Source: Blattabacterium cuenoti (GTDB lineage Bacteria; Bacteroidota; Bacteroidia; Flavobacteriales; Blattabacteriaceae). Taken from it: a stretch of DNA of 32,000 nucleotides. Positions within the stretch are counted from its first letter, which is position 1, and every line of letters begins with the position of its first letter. The stretch covers positions 210,001 to 242,000 of the forward strand of contig CP059204.1 of NCBI GenBank assembly GCA_014251975.1. Reading direction: 5' to 3'. This document shows, piece by piece, positions 1 through 8,868 of the stretch. The position numbers and the translations under genes were made by a program. The notes below the pieces were generated by a model. That model searched no databases and was not told where the DNA came from. It was given only the letters and a program-made list of their open reading frames with translations.

Positions 1-1319
1 AATACAATAAAATTGAAGTATTGGGAATAGGAAAATCTAGAAGTATAGGAATTCATAAAGGAGTTGTTAACAACATTACTCAAACTATTGATTCCATTCG
101 TGAAGCTATTTCTGAAGCAGAACATAGTTCTGGTCTTAAAATAAAAGAAGTTATAGTTGGTATAGCTGGTCAACATATAAGAAGTTTGCAACATAACGAT
201 TATATTACAAGATTAGATTTTGAAAATGTTATTAATCATAAAGATATTAATCAACTAATTACTCAAGTACATAAATTAGTTATGTTACCTGGAGAAGAAA
301 TTATTCACGTCTTACCTCAAGAATATAAAGTAGATAGTCAATCAGAAATTGGTGAACCAATTGGTATGTATGGAAATAGATTAGAAGCAAATTTTCATGT
401 AGTAGTTGGGCAGATATCTTCTATAAGAAATATTGGAAGATGTGTAAAGGCTGCTGGATTAAATCTTTCTGGTATGACTTTAGAACCATTGGCCTCTGCA
501 GAAGCTGTGTTAAGTAAAGAAGAAAGAGAAGCTGGAGTCGCCTTAGTTGATATAGGTGGAGGTACTACAGATGTAGCAATATTTAAAGATAATATTATTA
601 GACATACTGCTGTTCTACCATTTGGTGGTAAGGTAATTACTGATAATATAAAAACAGATTGTTTAATAATTGAAAGACAAGCAGAGTTATTAAAAATAAA
701 GTTTGGATCCTCATGGCCTGGAGAAAATAAAGAAACTGAAATAGTATGTATACCAGGATTAAGAGGACGTGATCCAAAAGAAATTTCTTTAAAACATTTA
801 TCTCAAATTATTCATACAAGAATATGTGAGATATTAGAATATGTTAATATGGAGATAGATAATTATGGTAACAAAGATAAAAAAAAGAAATTAATAGCTG
901 GTTTAGTAATGACTGGAGGAGGTTCTCAATTAAAACATATTAGACCTTTAACTGAATATATAACGGGTATGGATGTAAGAATAGGATATTCAAATGAACA
1001 CATTGCAGGAGGAGAAAATGGATTTATAAGTAACCCAGAATATGCTACTTCTATAGGGTTAGTTATTAAAGGATTGAATAATAAAAAACGATATTTTTAT
1101 ACAAAACCAAATATCATTAATCAATCTCATTTTAATGAAATATATGAAAAAAATAAGTACGAGTTACCAACATTTTATAAAAATAATAATTCCAGATATT
1201 ATACAAATTATGAAAAACAATTAGGTTATAATTATGATGATAAATTTGACAAAAAATCTAAATCTTTTATAGAAATTTGGGCGGATAAATTTCGTAAAAT
1301 TTTGAATGATACAGAATAA
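1..1319 (+). CDS. ftsA: Cell division protein FtsA, 5'-partial (gene starts left of the window)
   Basis: The frame is open from base 3 (..YNKIEVLGIGKS..), so the ATG-less start at 21 in the track is an artefact of the window edge. Actin-fold motifs VDIGGGTTDVAIF and LVMTGGGSQL are present. An amphipathic basic C-terminus is present. The gene sits directly upstream of ftsZ. Confidence 0.93.
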   Translation, partial: YNKIEVLGIGKSRSIGIHKGVVNNITQTIDSIREAISEAEHSSGLKIKEVIVGIAGQHIRSLQHNDYITRLDFENVINHKDINQLITQVHKLVMLPGEEIIHVLPQEYKVDSQSEIGEPIGMYGNRLEANFHVVVGQISSIRNIGRCVKAAGLNLSGMTLEPLASAEAVLSKEEREAGVALVDIGGGTTDVAIFKDNIIRHTAVLPFGGKVITDNIKTDCLIIERQAELLKIKFGSSWPGENKETEIVCIPGLRGRDPKEISLKHLSQIIHTRICEILEYVNMEIDNYGNKDKKKKLIAGLVMTGGGSQLKHIRPLTEYITGMDVRIGYSNEHIAGGENGFISNPEYATSIGLVIKGLNNKKRYFYTKPNIINQSHFNEIYEKNKYELPTFYKNNNSRYYTNYEKQLGYNYDDKFDKKSKSFIEIWADKFRKILNDTE

Positions 1320-1324
1320 AACAA

Positions 1325-2653
1325 ATGAAAGAAGAAAATTTTAGTAAATCACAAGATCCAATTTTTGGATTTCAAAAAAATCGTTCATCTGCAATAAAAG
1401 TAATAGGTGTAGGTGGTGGTGGGAGTAATGCTTTAAGTCATATGTTTGAACAAGGTATTGCAGGAGTAGATTTCATTGTTTGTAATACTGATTCTCAAGC
1501 ATTAAATAATAATTCTGTACCTACAAAAATTCAATTAGGAGCTTCTATAACAGAAGGGTTAGGTGCAGGAGCTGATCCTGAAGTTGGAGAAAAAGCAGCA
1601 TTAGAAAGTTTAGAGGAAATTAAAAGTATATTAGATTCTAATACAAAAATGACTTTTATTACAGCTGGAATGGGTGGTGGGACAGGTACAGGTGCAGCAC
1701 CAATTATAGCAGGTATATCTAAAGAAAAAGGGATACTTACTGTAGGAATAGTAACAATACCATTTCATTTTGAAGGTAAAATGAGGTTACGACAAGCACA
1801 AAAAGGTATAGAATCGTTAAGAAATAATGTAGATTCATTAATTGTTATTAATAATGATAAATTAAGAGAATTATATGGAAATTTAGGATTTAAAGCAGGT
1901 TTTTCTAAAGCTGACGAAGTATTAACTACTGCTGCAAAAGGAATTGCAGAAGTTATTACTCATCATTATAAACAAAATATTGATTTAAGAGATACTAGAA
2001 CAGTACTTAAAGAAAGTGGCACCGCAGTAATGGGGTCATCTGTTGCTGCAGGAGAGAGTAGGGCTAAAGAAGCAGTTATTCAAGCATTAGATTCTCCATT
2101 ATTAAATGATAATAAAATTTCTGGAGCTAAAAATGTCCTTTTATTAATTGTATCCGGAAAAATTGAGATTACTATAGATGAAATTGGAATTATTAGTGAT
2201 TATATTCAATCAGAAGCAGGGAATAATGCGAATATAATTATGGGAATAGGGGAAGATGAAAAATTGGAAGAAAGTATTTCTGTAACTATTGTAGCAACTG
2301 GATTCCCAACAGAAATACAACGTGCTATTAATCATGAAGAAAAAAAAATATTTCATAGGTTAGAAGAACCTTATGATAAAAACTTAACTGATTCTAATAT
2401 TAATAATATTAGTTATTCTAAAAAAAAGGATATATATCTAAAAAATTTAAAAAGTTATCAAATACCTACAGAAAAAAAAATAGAACAAGACGATCAAAAT
2501 ATTTTTGAACAATCTATAAGATCTAGTTCAAAAATGATATTAGAAAAAAAAATAAAAAAATATTCATTAGATGATGATTTTAATTTACCAATACCTAGAA
2601 CATCTTATAAAGATCAAATAAAAAAATTTAGGAAAAAAAGAAATTATGAATGA
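1325..2653 (+). CDS. ftsZ: Cell division GTPase FtsZ
   Basis: Tubulin signature GMGGGTGTGAAP, plus GVGGGGSNA and NNDKL. A long low-complexity C-terminal linker is typical of FtsZ. The gene ends in TGA. Confidence 0.97.
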   Translation: MKEENFSKSQDPIFGFQKNRSSAIKVIGVGGGGSNALSHMFEQGIAGVDFIVCNTDSQALNNNSVPTKIQLGASITEGLGAGADPEVGEKAALESLEEIKSILDSNTKMTFITAGMGGGTGTGAAPIIAGISKEKGILTVGIVTIPFHFEGKMRLRQAQKGIESLRNNVDSLIVINNDKLRELYGNLGFKAGFSKADEVLTTAAKGIAEVITHHYKQNIDLRDTRTVLKESGTAVMGSSVAAGESRAKEAVIQALDSPLLNDNKISGAKNVLLLIVSGKIEITIDEIGIISDYIQSEAGNNANIIMGIGEDEKLEESISVTIVATGFPTEIQRAINHEEKKIFHRLEEPYDKNLTDSNINNISYSKKKDIYLKNLKSYQIPTEKKIEQDDQNIFEQSIRSSSKMILEKKIKKYSLDDDFNLPIPRTSYKDQIKKFRKKRNYE

Positions 2654-2676
2654 TATTTTTTTATATTTATTAATTT

Positions 2677-4095
2677 ATGAAGAAATTTAATATACCGAAA
2701 GGGACCCAAGATTTAAATTCATATGAAATTAATAAAAGAAATTTTTTAATTAAAATAATAAAAAAAAAATTTACATTATTTGGATATTCCCCTATAGAAA
2801 CACCTTCATTTGAAAATAAATCTACTCTTTATGGTAAATATGGAGAAGAAAGTGAAAATTTAATGTTTGATATATTTAACTCAGGAACTTTTTTAAAACA
2901 AACAAAAAAATATTCTTTAATAAAATTTATTGAAAAGTATAATAATAAAGTAAATAATAATTCTTTTAAAAACAAATTAGTAAATATTTTTTCAAATAAA
3001 ACACTTAGATATGATTTAACAGTGCCTTTCATACGATATATTTATATGTATAAAAATCAAATTTGTTTTCCTTTTAAAAGATATCAGATACAACCTGTAT
3101 GGAGAGCTGAAAATCCTCAAAAAGGTAGATTAAGAGAATTTTATCAATGTGACGTAGATATAGCATCAAAATTATATTCTTTATGGGAAGAAATAGAATT
3201 AATACAACTTTGTGATGAAATTTTTAAAGAATTAAATATACCTATAATTATTTATATTAATCATATAAGTATTTTAAAAGGATTGTTAGAGATATCTGGT
3301 ATAAAAAAAATATTATGGAAAGACTTTATTATTTCTTTGGATAAATATAATAAGATTGGTAAAAAATTAGTAATAAAAGAAATTATAAAAAAAGGTATTT
3401 CATTAAAATATTTTGAAAACATTAATTTTATTCTAGATAGAGAATTGCATTTTTCAGATAAAAAAAATATTTTGAAAAAAAAATTAAAATTTTCAAAATA
3501 CGGTTACGATGGGATTAAAGATATAAGTTTTATTTATAATATGATAAAAAATATATCTTTGAAAAACACAAAATTAATATGGGATTTATCCTTAGCTAGG
3601 GGGATTAACTATTATACTAATATTATATGGGAAATAGTTCCATTTTATAAAAATAAAAAAAATTTTTTGTCAATTGGTGGTGGTGGGAGATATAATAAAT
3701 TACCATCTTTATTTGGAATGAAAAACATATATTCAGTAGGCTGTTCTTTAGGATTAGATAGAATATATTATTTTATGGATAAAAATAATCTATTTAATAA
3801 TATTATTATTAATAATTTACAAATATTATTTATAAATTTTGGAGATGAAGAATCATTATATGCATATAAAATAATTAAAATATTAAGGGATAACAAAATA
3901 TCATCATATTTATATCCTAATAATAATACTAAAATTAGTAAACAATTTAAATATGCAAGCAAAAATAATATACCTTTTGTAATTATAATAGGAAAAAAAG
4001 AAATACAAAAAAAAATAATAAAAGTAAAATATATTTTAAATAAAACAGAAAAAAAATATAAAAATATTAATGATTTTATAAAAACTTTTAAATAA
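2677..4095 (+). CDS. hisS: Histidine--tRNA ligase (Bacteroidota-type, with insertion before the LRYDLTVPF motif)
   Basis: Motifs PKGTQD, LRYDLTVPFIRY, FKRYQIQPVWRAENPQKGRLREFYQCDVDI and GGGGRY. Confidence 0.93.
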   Translation: MKKFNIPKGTQDLNSYEINKRNFLIKIIKKKFTLFGYSPIETPSFENKSTLYGKYGEESENLMFDIFNSGTFLKQTKKYSLIKFIEKYNNKVNNNSFKNKLVNIFSNKTLRYDLTVPFIRYIYMYKNQICFPFKRYQIQPVWRAENPQKGRLREFYQCDVDIASKLYSLWEEIELIQLCDEIFKELNIPIIIYINHISILKGLLEISGIKKILWKDFIISLDKYNKIGKKLVIKEIIKKGISLKYFENINFILDRELHFSDKKNILKKKLKFSKYGYDGIKDISFIYNMIKNISLKNTKLIWDLSLARGINYYTNIIWEIVPFYKNKKNFLSIGGGGRYNKLPSLFGMKNIYSVGCSLGLDRIYYFMDKNNLFNNIIINNLQILFINFGDEESLYAYKIIKILRDNKISSYLYPNNNTKISKQFKYASKNNIPFVIIIGKKEIQKKIIKVKYILNKTEKKYKNINDFIKTFK

Positions 4096-4097
4096 TA

Positions 4098-4778
4098 TTA
4101 ATTATAACTATAACTATAATCTATAACATATATTAAATAATAACCATCTATTTTTCTATAGAAAGCACAAAATTTTTTACTAAAAGAATTTTTTATAATC
4201 CAACATTGTATTATAAAATCTTTATTAATACAAAAATTAGATACTTTATAATTATTTAAGAAATTATAATATATTCCTCCATCTAGTTTATATAAGCTTT
4301 CTTTAATACACCATATAATATATAAATAATCTTCTTCAAAAGAAGTAGGAATAAATGAAGATTCATCTCTTCTTATAAATTTTTTTTTAATATTAATTAT
4401 TTTTTTGTTTTCCCTTATTTTTTCTATATCTATTCCAATAGGATAATTACTAATACCTATTGCTGTTTTTTCATAAGAATGTGTTATAGAAATATATTGT
4501 GATTGGTTTTTTAAAAAAAAAGGTTTTCTTTTTTTATTATATAATATTTTTATATTTATTCCTAAATATTTTAATATATAACGGATTCCTAAAAATTCTA
4601 TTTTTCTTTTATATGATAAAAATTTTAACCATTTTTTATCTTTTATTGATAAATAAATTATTTTTGAAAATAAATAATTTTCTAAAAAAATTTTTCTTCT
4701 AAAATTTTTCCAATTAATAATTATTACTTTAGTATGAAATTTTTTAAATTTATTAAAGTTTTTATTTAAAACAATCAT
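4098..4778 (-). CDS. 4'-phosphopantetheinyl transferase superfamily protein (Sfp/EntD-like)
   Basis: PPTase core motifs ISITHS, IGIDIEKI and WCIKESLYKL (the W..KE...K motif). Length is 226 aa. Confidence 0.7.
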   Translation of the reverse strand: MIVLNKNFNKFKKFHTKVIIINWKNFRRKIFLENYLFSKIIYLSIKDKKWLKFLSYKRKIEFLGIRYILKYLGINIKILYNKKRKPFFLKNQSQYISITHSYEKTAIGISNYPIGIDIEKIRENKKIINIKKKFIRRDESSFIPTSFEEDYLYIIWCIKESLYKLDGGIYYNFLNNYKVSNFCINKDFIIQCWIIKNSFSKKFCAFYRKIDGYYLIYVIDYSYSYN

Positions 4779-4799
4779 TATTGTTACATAATTTTTATT

Positions 4800-5831
4800 A
4801 TGGAAAGAATAAAAAATAAGATAAAAAAAGCATTGGAAAATGTTATTATTGGATCTAAAAATATTGTTAAGTTAGGATATATAAAAAAAATAAATTTTTG
4901 TAAAAATTCAAAAAAATTTATAATAGATATAATTTTACCTAACCCCACTCTACATTTTAGGGATAAAATTATTAATTATATTTATGATACTATAAAAAAT
5001 AATATTGAAGAAAATATATGTATAAAAATTAATATAATAAAATTTGATGTTAATAAAAAAAAATCTATAAAGTATATACTAGCTATAGCATCTGGTAAAG
5101 GTGGGGTAGGTAAATCTACTATAGCTTCTAATATTTCTGTTATATTATCAAATATAGGATATAAAGTTGGATTATTAGATGCTGATATTTATGGGCCTTC
5201 TATCCCTACTATGTTTGGAATTAATTCTTCTTTTATATCTATATCAAGTAATAATGGATTAATAAATCCTATTTGTAAATATGGAATTAAAATTATTTCT
5301 ATAGGTTTTTTTTCAAAATATGGTAAAGCTATTGTTTGGAGAGGCCCAATGGCATCAAAAGCATTAATACAATTTATTAACGAAATTAATTGGGGTAATT
5401 TAGATTTTTTAATTATTGATTTACCACCTGGAACTGGAGATATACATTTATCTATTTTACAAGAAATATCGTTAACTGGTGCTATTATAGTTAGTACATC
5501 TCAAAAAGTAGCTATAGATGATGTAATAAGAACTATAGAGATGTTTAAAATTAAATCTATTTATGTACCAATTATTGGTATTATAGAAAATATGTCTTTT
5601 TTCATTCCTACTAATGAAAAAGAAAATAAAACAAAATATTTTTTGTTTGGAAAAGATGGAGTAAAAAATATTTCAAAAAAAATGAATATTTTTTTCTTAG
5701 GTGAGATACCAATTTTAAAAAAAATACAGATATTTTCTGATTTAGGAATACCTGCAGTAATGAAGGATGTTGAAGTAAAAAATACTTTTATTAAAATAGC
5801 TAAAAATATTATAAATAATATAATAAATTAA
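4800..5831 (+). CDS. apbC: Mrp/ApbC-family iron-sulfur cluster carrier ATPase
   Basis: Deviant Walker A ASGKGGVGKSTIA, plus LIIDLPPGTGD and an N-terminal DUF59-like segment. Confidence 0.88.
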   Translation: MERIKNKIKKALENVIIGSKNIVKLGYIKKINFCKNSKKFIIDIILPNPTLHFRDKIINYIYDTIKNNIEENICIKINIIKFDVNKKKSIKYILAIASGKGGVGKSTIASNISVILSNIGYKVGLLDADIYGPSIPTMFGINSSFISISSNNGLINPICKYGIKIISIGFFSKYGKAIVWRGPMASKALIQFINEINWGNLDFLIIDLPPGTGDIHLSILQEISLTGAIIVSTSQKVAIDDVIRTIEMFKIKSIYVPIIGIIENMSFFIPTNEKENKTKYFLFGKDGVKNISKKMNIFFLGEIPILKKIQIFSDLGIPAVMKDVEVKNTFIKIAKNIINNIIN

Positions 5832-5885
5832 ATTAAAATATTTTATAAATTATTTAATTATAAACATTAAAATTTTAAATAATAA

Positions 5886-5903
5886 TTATCATATTTATCA
5901 TAT
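5886..5903. repeat. Perfect tandem duplication of the 9-mer TTATCATAT
   Basis: Read directly: TTATCATAT at 5886-5894 and again at 5895-5903, inside the 605-bp non-coding spacer. Confidence 0.6.
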
Positions 5904-6129
5904 AATTAAATATGAAAAAATATCAATACCTATTAAAACCCCTCTACAAAATATACGCATAAATTTTGTTATTAAAATATGTTATATAAACTACCTTTAT
6001 GTATATTTTTGTATTAAAAAATTATTAATTACTACTATGTTTTATACAATTAAATAAAACATTTTTTTATTATATGTATTAATCATTATAAATAATGGAT
6101 TATTTTTTATTATTTATAAATTTTTTATC

Positions 6130-6173
6130 TAGGGGAAAAACTAATATTATCTTTAATTATGATTAAACCCCTA
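6130..6173 (+). other. G/C-clamped hairpin (TAGGGG / CCCCTA, 32-nt loop containing an inner TTTAAT-tatg-ATTAAA hairpin)
   Basis: Read directly. The 5' arm is at 6130-6135 and the 3' arm at 6168-6173. These are the only G4/C4 runs in about 600 bp of non-coding DNA, apart from one CCCC at 5939-5942. A T9 run follows at 6186-6194, 13 nt after the stem. Function is unknown. Confidence 0.45.
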
Positions 6174-6195
6174 AAAATTAATTAATTTTTTTTTA

Positions 6196-6235
6196 TTTAG
6201 ATACAAATATATCTAAAGTAATGTTATCTAAAGTA
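6196..6235. repeat. ATCTAAA motif cluster: inverted repeat TTTAGAT(6196-6202)/ATCTAAA(6211-6217) plus 10-mer direct repeat ATCTAAAGTA (6211-6220 and 6226-6235)
   Basis: Read directly from the sequence. A further ATCTA precedes the hairpin at 6126-6130. Confidence 0.55.
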
Positions 6236-6436
6236 CTATTATAAAAATTTGCTTAAAAAAATATACCTCCATTATAATTATAACCAAATTATTTTGTATT
6301 TTACCAATTAATTTATTAAATTTATTGTAAAATTAAATTTAGTTATATTATGTTATGTATAATACTTTATGTACTTTTAGTTATGGTTTTAAAATAATTA
6401 ATTTAAAATTATTTTAATTAATTAAACTAATTCTAA

Positions 6437-7456
6437 TTAATATATTAGATTTACTTCTATAGGTAAATAGATTCCAAATTTTTCATTAATTTTATTATTA
6501 ATTTTTTTTGAAAAATTATAAATATCCATACCACTATATACACCATAATTTACCAAAATAATAGGTTGTTTTTTATATGTTCCTACATAATCAATTATTT
6601 TACCTTTCCATCCTATTTTTTCAATTAAATAATTAGCAGATAATTTTATTTTTTTTTTAGAAATAGGATGACCTATTATATCAGGATATTTTATTTGTAA
6701 TTTTTTAAAATAATATTTTTTTATTATAGGATTTATAAAAAAACTTCCAGCATTACCTAATTTTTTTGGATTAGGTATTTTTTTATTCCTAATTTTAAAA
6801 ATAACTTTTCTAATATTTTGTACAGTAGGTTTAGTTATATTCATATATTTTAATTCTTTTTTAATATCTATATATGTATTTAATTTTTTTTCTTTTTTGC
6901 TTAAAATAAAAAATACAGATAATATCAAAAATGAATTTTTAAGATTTTTTTTAAAAATAGATGAACGATAAGAAAAATTACATTTTTTATTTGAAATTTC
7001 AACAATTTTTTTGTTAATTATATCATATCCTTTTACTTTTACTAAAGTTTTTTTTATTTCTGATCCATATGCACCAATATTTTGTATTGGAGCTGCACCG
7101 ACAGTACCTGGAATGAAGGAAAGATTTTCTAATCCGAAAAACTTATTTTTTATAGTCCATGTTACAAAATTAGACCAATTTTCTCCAGAAAAAGCTTGAA
7201 TTATTACATTTTTATAATCCTCATAAATTATTTTTTTTCCTTTAATACCTATTTTAATTACGTATCCTGGAAAATAATTTTTTAAAAAAAGTATATTACT
7301 ACCATCTCCAATAAAAATTTTTGGTATATTTTTTTTTATAGATTTAAAAAAAATTATTAAATCATCTAAATTATTTATTTCTATAAAATAACGAGCATAA
7401 ACATTTATGCCAAACGTATTAAATTTTTTTAAAGAACAAAATTTTTTTATAAACAT
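6437..7456 (-). CDS. murB: UDP-N-acetylenolpyruvoylglucosamine reductase
   Basis: FAD-binding region IGDGSNILF, plus FSYRSSIFK and GNAGSFFINP, which are typical MurB motifs. Length is 339 aa. Confidence 0.92.
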   Translation of the reverse strand: MFIKKFCSLKKFNTFGINVYARYFIEINNLDDLIIFFKSIKKNIPKIFIGDGSNILFLKNYFPGYVIKIGIKGKKIIYEDYKNVIIQAFSGENWSNFVTWTIKNKFFGLENLSFIPGTVGAAPIQNIGAYGSEIKKTLVKVKGYDIINKKIVEISNKKCNFSYRSSIFKKNLKNSFLILSVFFILSKKEKKLNTYIDIKKELKYMNITKPTVQNIRKVIFKIRNKKIPNPKKLGNAGSFFINPIIKKYYFKKLQIKYPDIIGHPISKKKIKLSANYLIEKIGWKGKIIDYVGTYKKQPIILVNYGVYSGMDIYNFSKKINNKINEKFGIYLPIEVNLIY

Positions 7457-7529
7457 AAAAAAAAGTATAAAATAATATAATTTTGTTAATAATTATTGTA
7501 TTAACTAAATTTAGTTTAAAATTATTTTT

Positions 7530-7778
7530 ATGAAAAAAAAAGAAAAAATTTTTTTATGTATTATTGTAGGTTATATAACTGGATTAATTATAGGAATTAC
7601 ATTGACAAATAAAAAAAATATTTTATTAAAAAAAAATTCTAATAATAAAATAAAAAAAATTTTGGGTAAAACTAGAAAAAAATTATATAATTTAATATTA
7701 AATTTAAAGTATTTATTATGTAAAAATTATAATAAAATTCAAAAAAACGATAGAATAGAAAATGAATTAGGTACTTAA
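7530..7778 (+). CDS. Small membrane-anchored protein, YtxH-like (GxxxGxxxG N-terminal helix)
   Basis: A single N-terminal TM helix (IVGYITGLIIGITL) with a G-x3-G-x3-G pattern, followed by a basic helical tail. The assignment rests on pattern only. Confidence 0.4.
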   Translation: MKKKEKIFLCIIVGYITGLIIGITLTNKKNILLKKNSNNKIKKILGKTRKKLYNLILNLKYLLCKNYNKIQKNDRIENELGT

Positions 7779-7784
7779 ATAAAT

Positions 7785-8123
7785 ATGTTTTCTTTCATTA
7801 AATATTTAATATATAATAAATGGTATTATTACATTAAAAACGAATTAATAAAAATTATTATATCAATTATAACTAATGTTTTTTTTATTTTTTTTTTGTT
7901 AATATTTTGTATTATAATATTTTTTTTAGGTAGTATTTCATTATGTTTTTTCTTATCTTTTTATTTTGGTAATTATTTAATAGGATTTGGTATACTAACT
8001 ATTTTATATTTATTATTCTTTGTTTTTATTTTTTTATTCTTTAAAAGCATTATAAAATATATGATAAAAAAAATTTTATCTGAAATTATAAAAAAAAAAA
8101 TTAATATAAATGATAAAAAATAA
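7785..8123 (+). CDS. Small integral membrane protein (two predicted TM helices; resembles the Holin-X/DUF1469-like proteins encoded next to YtxH genes in Flavobacteriia)
   Basis: Hydrophobic core FFIFFLLIFCIIIFFLGSISLCFFLSFYFGNYLIGFGILTILYLLFFVFIFLFF. The gene contains an A11 tract (8090-8100) near its 3' end. The family call is from memory. Confidence 0.4.
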   Translation: MFSFIKYLIYNKWYYYIKNELIKIIISIITNVFFIFFLLIFCIIIFFLGSISLCFFLSFYFGNYLIGFGILTILYLLFFVFIFLFFKSIIKYMIKKILSEIIKKKININDKK

Positions 8124-8868
8124 TTTAAATAATATTATATATGGTATACATCCATTAATAGAAGCTATTAAATCTAATATAGATATAAAATCAATTTTTT
8201 TAAAGAAGGGTCTACAAAAAAAATCTTATAAGGAATTGCTATACCTTTCAAAAAATAAAAATATTAAAATAAATTTAGTTTCAAAAAATAAATTTATTAA
8301 GTTAAAAAATAAAAACCATCAGGGTGTATACTCATATTATTCTACCATAAAAACATATAATATAAAAAATTTATTACCAATTTTATATAAAAAAATAATA
8401 AATCCACTTTTAATTATTTTAGATAGAATAACAGATGTAAGAAATTTTGGATCTATAATTCGTACTTCTGTATGTGCTGGCGTAAATTCAATTATAATAC
8501 CTTCAAAAAATTCAGCTATTATAGGTTCTGATTCAATAAAAACTTCTTCTGGTGCTATATTTAAAATTCCAATATGTAAAGAAAAAAATATTGGTGAAAC
8601 TATTCAATTTTTAATAAATTCAGGTATGAAAGTCTTTTCTGCAACAGAAAAATCTTCTATTAATTGGAATAATTTAGACTTTTCAGGTCCTACAGTATTA
8701 ATATTAGGTAACGAAGAAAAAGGTATTAATGAAAAATACATAAAAATATCTTGTAATACAGTTAAAATACCATCTATGAAACAAGAAATTTCTTCTTTAA
8801 ATGTTTCTGTTGCATGTGGTATTTTATTATATGAAATTTTTAAACAAAGAAATAATAAAATAATTTAA
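8110..8868 (+). CDS. rlmB: SpoU/TrmH-family 23S rRNA (guanosine-2'-O)-methyltransferase RlmB
   Basis: N-terminal IYGIHPLIEAI, plus SpoU motifs DRITDVRNFGSIIRT, LILGNEEKGI and IPSMKQEISSLNVSVACGILLYE. The start may lie slightly downstream, because it overlaps the previous ORF by 14 nt. Confidence 0.85.
   Translation: MIKNNLNNIIYGIHPLIEAIKSNIDIKSIFLKKGLQKKSYKELLYLSKNKNIKINLVSKNKFIKLKNKNHQGVYSYYSTIKTYNIKNLLPILYKKIINPLLIILDRITDVRNFGSIIRTSVCAGVNSIIIPSKNSAIIGSDSIKTSSGAIFKIPICKEKNIGETIQFLINSGMKVFSATEKSSINWNNLDFSGPTVLILGNEEKGINEKYIKISCNTVKIPSMKQEISSLNVSVACGILLYEIFKQRNNKII

Noticed and set aside
5886-5903. Tandem TTATCATAT repeats as DnaA boxes or an origin
   Set aside because: Only the first 5 of 9 positions match the TTATCCACA consensus. 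There is no further box cluster. Two copies can arise by replication slippage in AT-rich DNA.
5912-5962. 16-codon ORF (MKKYQYLLKPLYKIYA) in the large spacer
   Set aside because: It is too short and has no supporting signal. An ORF of this size is expected by chance.
6132-6436. The GGGG-initiated segment as a tmRNA or another tRNA-like RNA
   Set aside because: No T-arm-like GGTTCGAATCC or TTCGA element and no acceptor-complementary 3' end exist anywhere in the spacer. No SRP or RNase P-like conserved G/C-rich motifs are present either.
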